NCBI GenBank assembly: GCA_938009735.1
Contig: CALLIG010000107.1
Coordinates: 12,149 to 76,148 of the forward strand
Length of the DNA stretch: 64,000 nt
Direction: 5' to 3'
Source: an uncultured Flavobacteriaceae bacterium
GTDB taxonomy: Bacteria > Bacteroidota > Bacteroidia > Flavobacteriales > Flavobacteriaceae
In this document: in pieces, positions 61,428 to 64,000 of the stretch
Numbering within the stretch: position 1 is the first letter of the stretch
Layout: each line of letters starts with the position of its first letter
The notes under the pieces: generated by a model
What the model saw: only the letters and a program-made list of their open reading frames with translations
Told to the model about the DNA's origin: nothing
The model's database searches: none
Position numbers and translations under genes: made by a program

Positions 61428-61973
61428 ATGAATCCTAAAATACCAGTAATTCTGAGCATCATTTTTATTATAACCGTAATGTCATGTAAAAAAGAAAACA
61501 ATGAAACTAGTTCCAATGGAACCTATAGTTTACAAATTGATGGTGAAGAACAAGTTATAAAAGATGCAGCTGGTTATTTAGATGATAAATTCAACTTCAA
61601 CAATAATGATCAGTTTGCAGAGGGATTAAGTTTAAAAACGAGTATTGGCTTAGAGGATAACACAGGTGTTTTTATAACATTTAATAATAACGATTTAAAT
61701 GCTGACAATGTAATTTTGGATGATTACACAACAAATATTGACGCTGCATTCAGCACTAACGACTTCAAATTCGGAGAAGTCACAGTTTCAAGTAAAGCAG
61801 GGTATTTCTCTTCACTTGGCACTAATACCGATGCTATCAAATTAATTAAATGCGAGATTGAAGGCAAAAATATTTCTGGAGAATTTGATGCAGTACTAAC
61901 CAATAAAGAGAACAATGAAACTATTCGCGTTGTAGGTACTTTTAAAGATGTAAGTTTAATCGTTTCACTTTAG
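61428..61973 (+). CDS. Hypothetical lipoprotein
   Basis: Lipobox VMSC+KKENNE; ISGEFDA..VGTF C-terminal beta pattern. Confidence 0.75.
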   Translation: MNPKIPVILSIIFIITVMSCKKENNETSSNGTYSLQIDGEEQVIKDAAGYLDDKFNFNNNDQFAEGLSLKTSIGLEDNTGVFITFNNNDLNADNVILDDYTTNIDAAFSTNDFKFGEVTVSSKAGYFSSLGTNTDAIKLIKCEIEGKNISGEFDAVLTNKENNETIRVVGTFKDVSLIVSL

Positions 61974-62003
61974 TTTCTTTTCTAATCAATATTTATTTTT
62001 ATT

Positions 62004-63650
62004 ATGAAAAGTCATTATTTAGTTTTAGCCGCACTTCTTATTCTAAATGCTTGTAAAGAAAATCTGGTAAGCAAGGAATCTACCACTCATGATTCTCAAA
62101 CAGAACAAGAAAAGGTAAAAGAAACCATAAACGACTTTAATAAAATCTTAGATAAAGATTCAGATAAGAAAACTGCTACAACTGTATCTACAGAAAAATC
62201 TGAAATTGAAAAATTATTCCAGTTAAGTGGTATTCCCAAAGAGGAATACCTAGAACAACTTAATAATGCTGATACGCTCAAAAGGCTAATAAAGCAAGTT
62301 GCAAAAAACAATAAAAAACGTAAACCTAAAAGTAAATTTCCATTAAAAGGTGCTATCACTTTAGATCAACTTACTTCAAAAAAAACACCTACAGGCGTTT
62401 CAATAGAAGAGGCTATATTAGTATTACACCACGAATTAAAACGTGATTTAACTCCAGAAAAAATACAAAAAATAGATGCTTTGTCTGGCACCAGCTTAGT
62501 CTCTAAATTAAGTGAGAAAGATGTCAAGTATCTTGTTCGTTATGCAAGTATTTATGAAAATTACAGATTAAGAGTATTATCTAATAATTCTACAAATTTA
62601 CATAGCAAAAAAGAAGCTCAAGAATTTATTGATGACATAAAAAGTAGACTTGATTCGTATAATTCAGGGGGAATTAAGGCGAGTGCTAACTATAAAAAAA
62701 GATTAGTGCGTTTTATAAAATCAGGTGAATCTACTCTGAAAAAAATGATTAAGAAGGAGAAGGTAGCGCAAGAAGATTTTAAAAAATTGAATCCAGACCT
62801 ATATTTCGGAGAAGATGTAGGAGAAACTTTTTTCAGTAGTAGAGTTAGAGCAGCAGTATACTTACCACTAGGTAGGTTGTCTTTTGCGGATAAAGTAATA
62901 AATGCCTACCACCCAGATTTAAATGTTTTGAATTTAAATAATGTCATTGGCACACCAGATGTTATTGAAGATAATGGTGCAATGACCATTACTGGTGAAT
63001 ACAGCATTGGCAAAGCTGGCACGCTTACGATTCAATTCACAGATAATGCACTAACTGATGTAAACGGACCCGATTTATACATTTTTGAGATAGGTAAAGT
63101 AGAACCTACAAACCTTGAAATTTCTAAAGACGGCATCACTTGGATTAAAGTTGGTAAAATTGATGGTGGCGTATCTGACGTGGATATTGCAGAATTCGTA
63201 CAATCTGGAGATTTATTTTACTTTGTACGTCTAACGGATTTGAAACAAAAAAGCGCCTTGCCTGGGGCCGATGTTGACGCCATTGCTGCAATAGGTGCGG
63301 CTATGCGATTAAAGCTTGATAGCAAAGTGCTTTTTGAAACTGGAAAGTCTGAACTGAAACCAGAAGGCATTGAAGCGCTAAAAGAACTCGCCGAAAGTAT
63401 ATCTGTATTAAAGAAAGGAAATGTTATTGTTGAAGGTCATACAGATGATGTTGGTGATGCTAGCTTTAATAAAAAACTATCCGTTGCACGAGCAAAAAGT
63501 GTAACAATAGAATTAAAAACATTAATTCCGGCAAGAACTTTTAAATGGATGGAAAAAGGACTGGGAGAATCTAAACCCTTAGTAAAAAACGATTCTGATG
63601 AAAATAGATCTAAAAATAGAAGGGTTGAAATTCTAATTGTTCCTAATTAA
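62004..63650 (+). CDS. Lipoprotein with helical N-domain, beta-sandwich module and C-terminal OmpA peptidoglycan-binding domain
   Basis: Lipobox LNAC; FTDNAL.D..GPDLYIFE..GADVDAI module; VLFETGKS, VEGHTD, LS..RA, NRRVEI. Confidence 0.85.
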   Translation: MKSHYLVLAALLILNACKENLVSKESTTHDSQTEQEKVKETINDFNKILDKDSDKKTATTVSTEKSEIEKLFQLSGIPKEEYLEQLNNADTLKRLIKQVAKNNKKRKPKSKFPLKGAITLDQLTSKKTPTGVSIEEAILVLHHELKRDLTPEKIQKIDALSGTSLVSKLSEKDVKYLVRYASIYENYRLRVLSNNSTNLHSKKEAQEFIDDIKSRLDSYNSGGIKASANYKKRLVRFIKSGESTLKKMIKKEKVAQEDFKKLNPDLYFGEDVGETFFSSRVRAAVYLPLGRLSFADKVINAYHPDLNVLNLNNVIGTPDVIEDNGAMTITGEYSIGKAGTLTIQFTDNALTDVNGPDLYIFEIGKVEPTNLEISKDGITWIKVGKIDGGVSDVDIAEFVQSGDLFYFVRLTDLKQKSALPGADVDAIAAIGAAMRLKLDSKVLFETGKSELKPEGIEALKELAESISVLKKGNVIVEGHTDDVGDASFNKKLSVARAKSVTIELKTLIPARTFKWMEKGLGESKPLVKNDSDENRSKNRRVEILIVPN

Positions 63651-63700
63651 GTTATTTTTGAAATAGTAATCAATTCTCATTACTAATCAATTTTAAATAA

Positions 63701-64000
63701 ATGCCCAAATACAGCATCTACGTAATAGAACTTCGTAAAAAAGTATTTACAGAAAATAGAAAATTTCGAGAAGCGAATCCGCAATTTAACGGCGTGTTGG
63801 AATGCCTATACGTTGGTATGACAAGCAAATCACCCAAAGAACGTTTTGAACAACATAAAACCGGTTACAAGAATAAAAAAGGGTATAAGATTTCTGCTAA
63901 TATCGTTGAGAAATATGGCACCTATTTACGCGGTAGTTTATTTCAGCATATAGACCCAATGAATTCAAGAGTTAAAGCATTAAAGATGGAAGAAACTTTG
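63701..64000 (+). CDS. GIY-YIG nuclease-domain protein, 3'-truncated by the window edge (absent from the ORF track)
   Basis: MPKYSIYVIEL...CLYVGMTSKSPKERFEQHK...ALKMEETL; open to the window end. Confidence 0.75.
   Translation, partial: MPKYSIYVIELRKKVFTENRKFREANPQFNGVLECLYVGMTSKSPKERFEQHKTGYKNKKGYKISANIVEKYGTYLRGSLFQHIDPMNSRVKALKMEETL

Overview
This is AT-rich chromosomal DNA from a Bacteroidota, most likely a marine-type Flavobacteriaceae. The evidence is TAnnTTTG -7 promoters, no Shine-Dalgarno motifs, a monomeric Icd, TonB/lipoprotein pairs and DUF4252/DUF4249/DUF4294-type proteins. Most of the window is housekeeping: trmD, rplS, icd, hisS, rpsF-rpsR-rplI, priA, nadC, rlmH, a SerB-SerA fusion, rdgB, a DEAD-box helicase, cobB, purB, mscS, rmuC, pgl/zwf/gndA. 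Five loci stand out. (1) A SatD-family nucleotidyl-cyclase-like/HTH gene is translationally coupled to a DUF3307 His-rich membrane protein and preceded by four 20-bp palindromes spaced 28-29 bp apart. (2) A ~770-bp rplS-icd intergenic region holds a DnaA-box-like array (candidate oriC) whose polarity conflicts with the apparent strand asymmetry. (3) An ECF sigma/anti-sigma/3xDUF4252 operon diverges from two tandem S41 protease lipoproteins, with ECF-type promoters in both directions. (4) A cobalamin riboswitch controls btuB-btuG, with btuFCD divergent. (5) A TPR-TM-AraC sensor precedes a lipoprotein/OmpA cassette. I saw no rRNA, tRNA, CRISPR array, transposase or integrase. All calls are by eye from motifs; no database searches were run.
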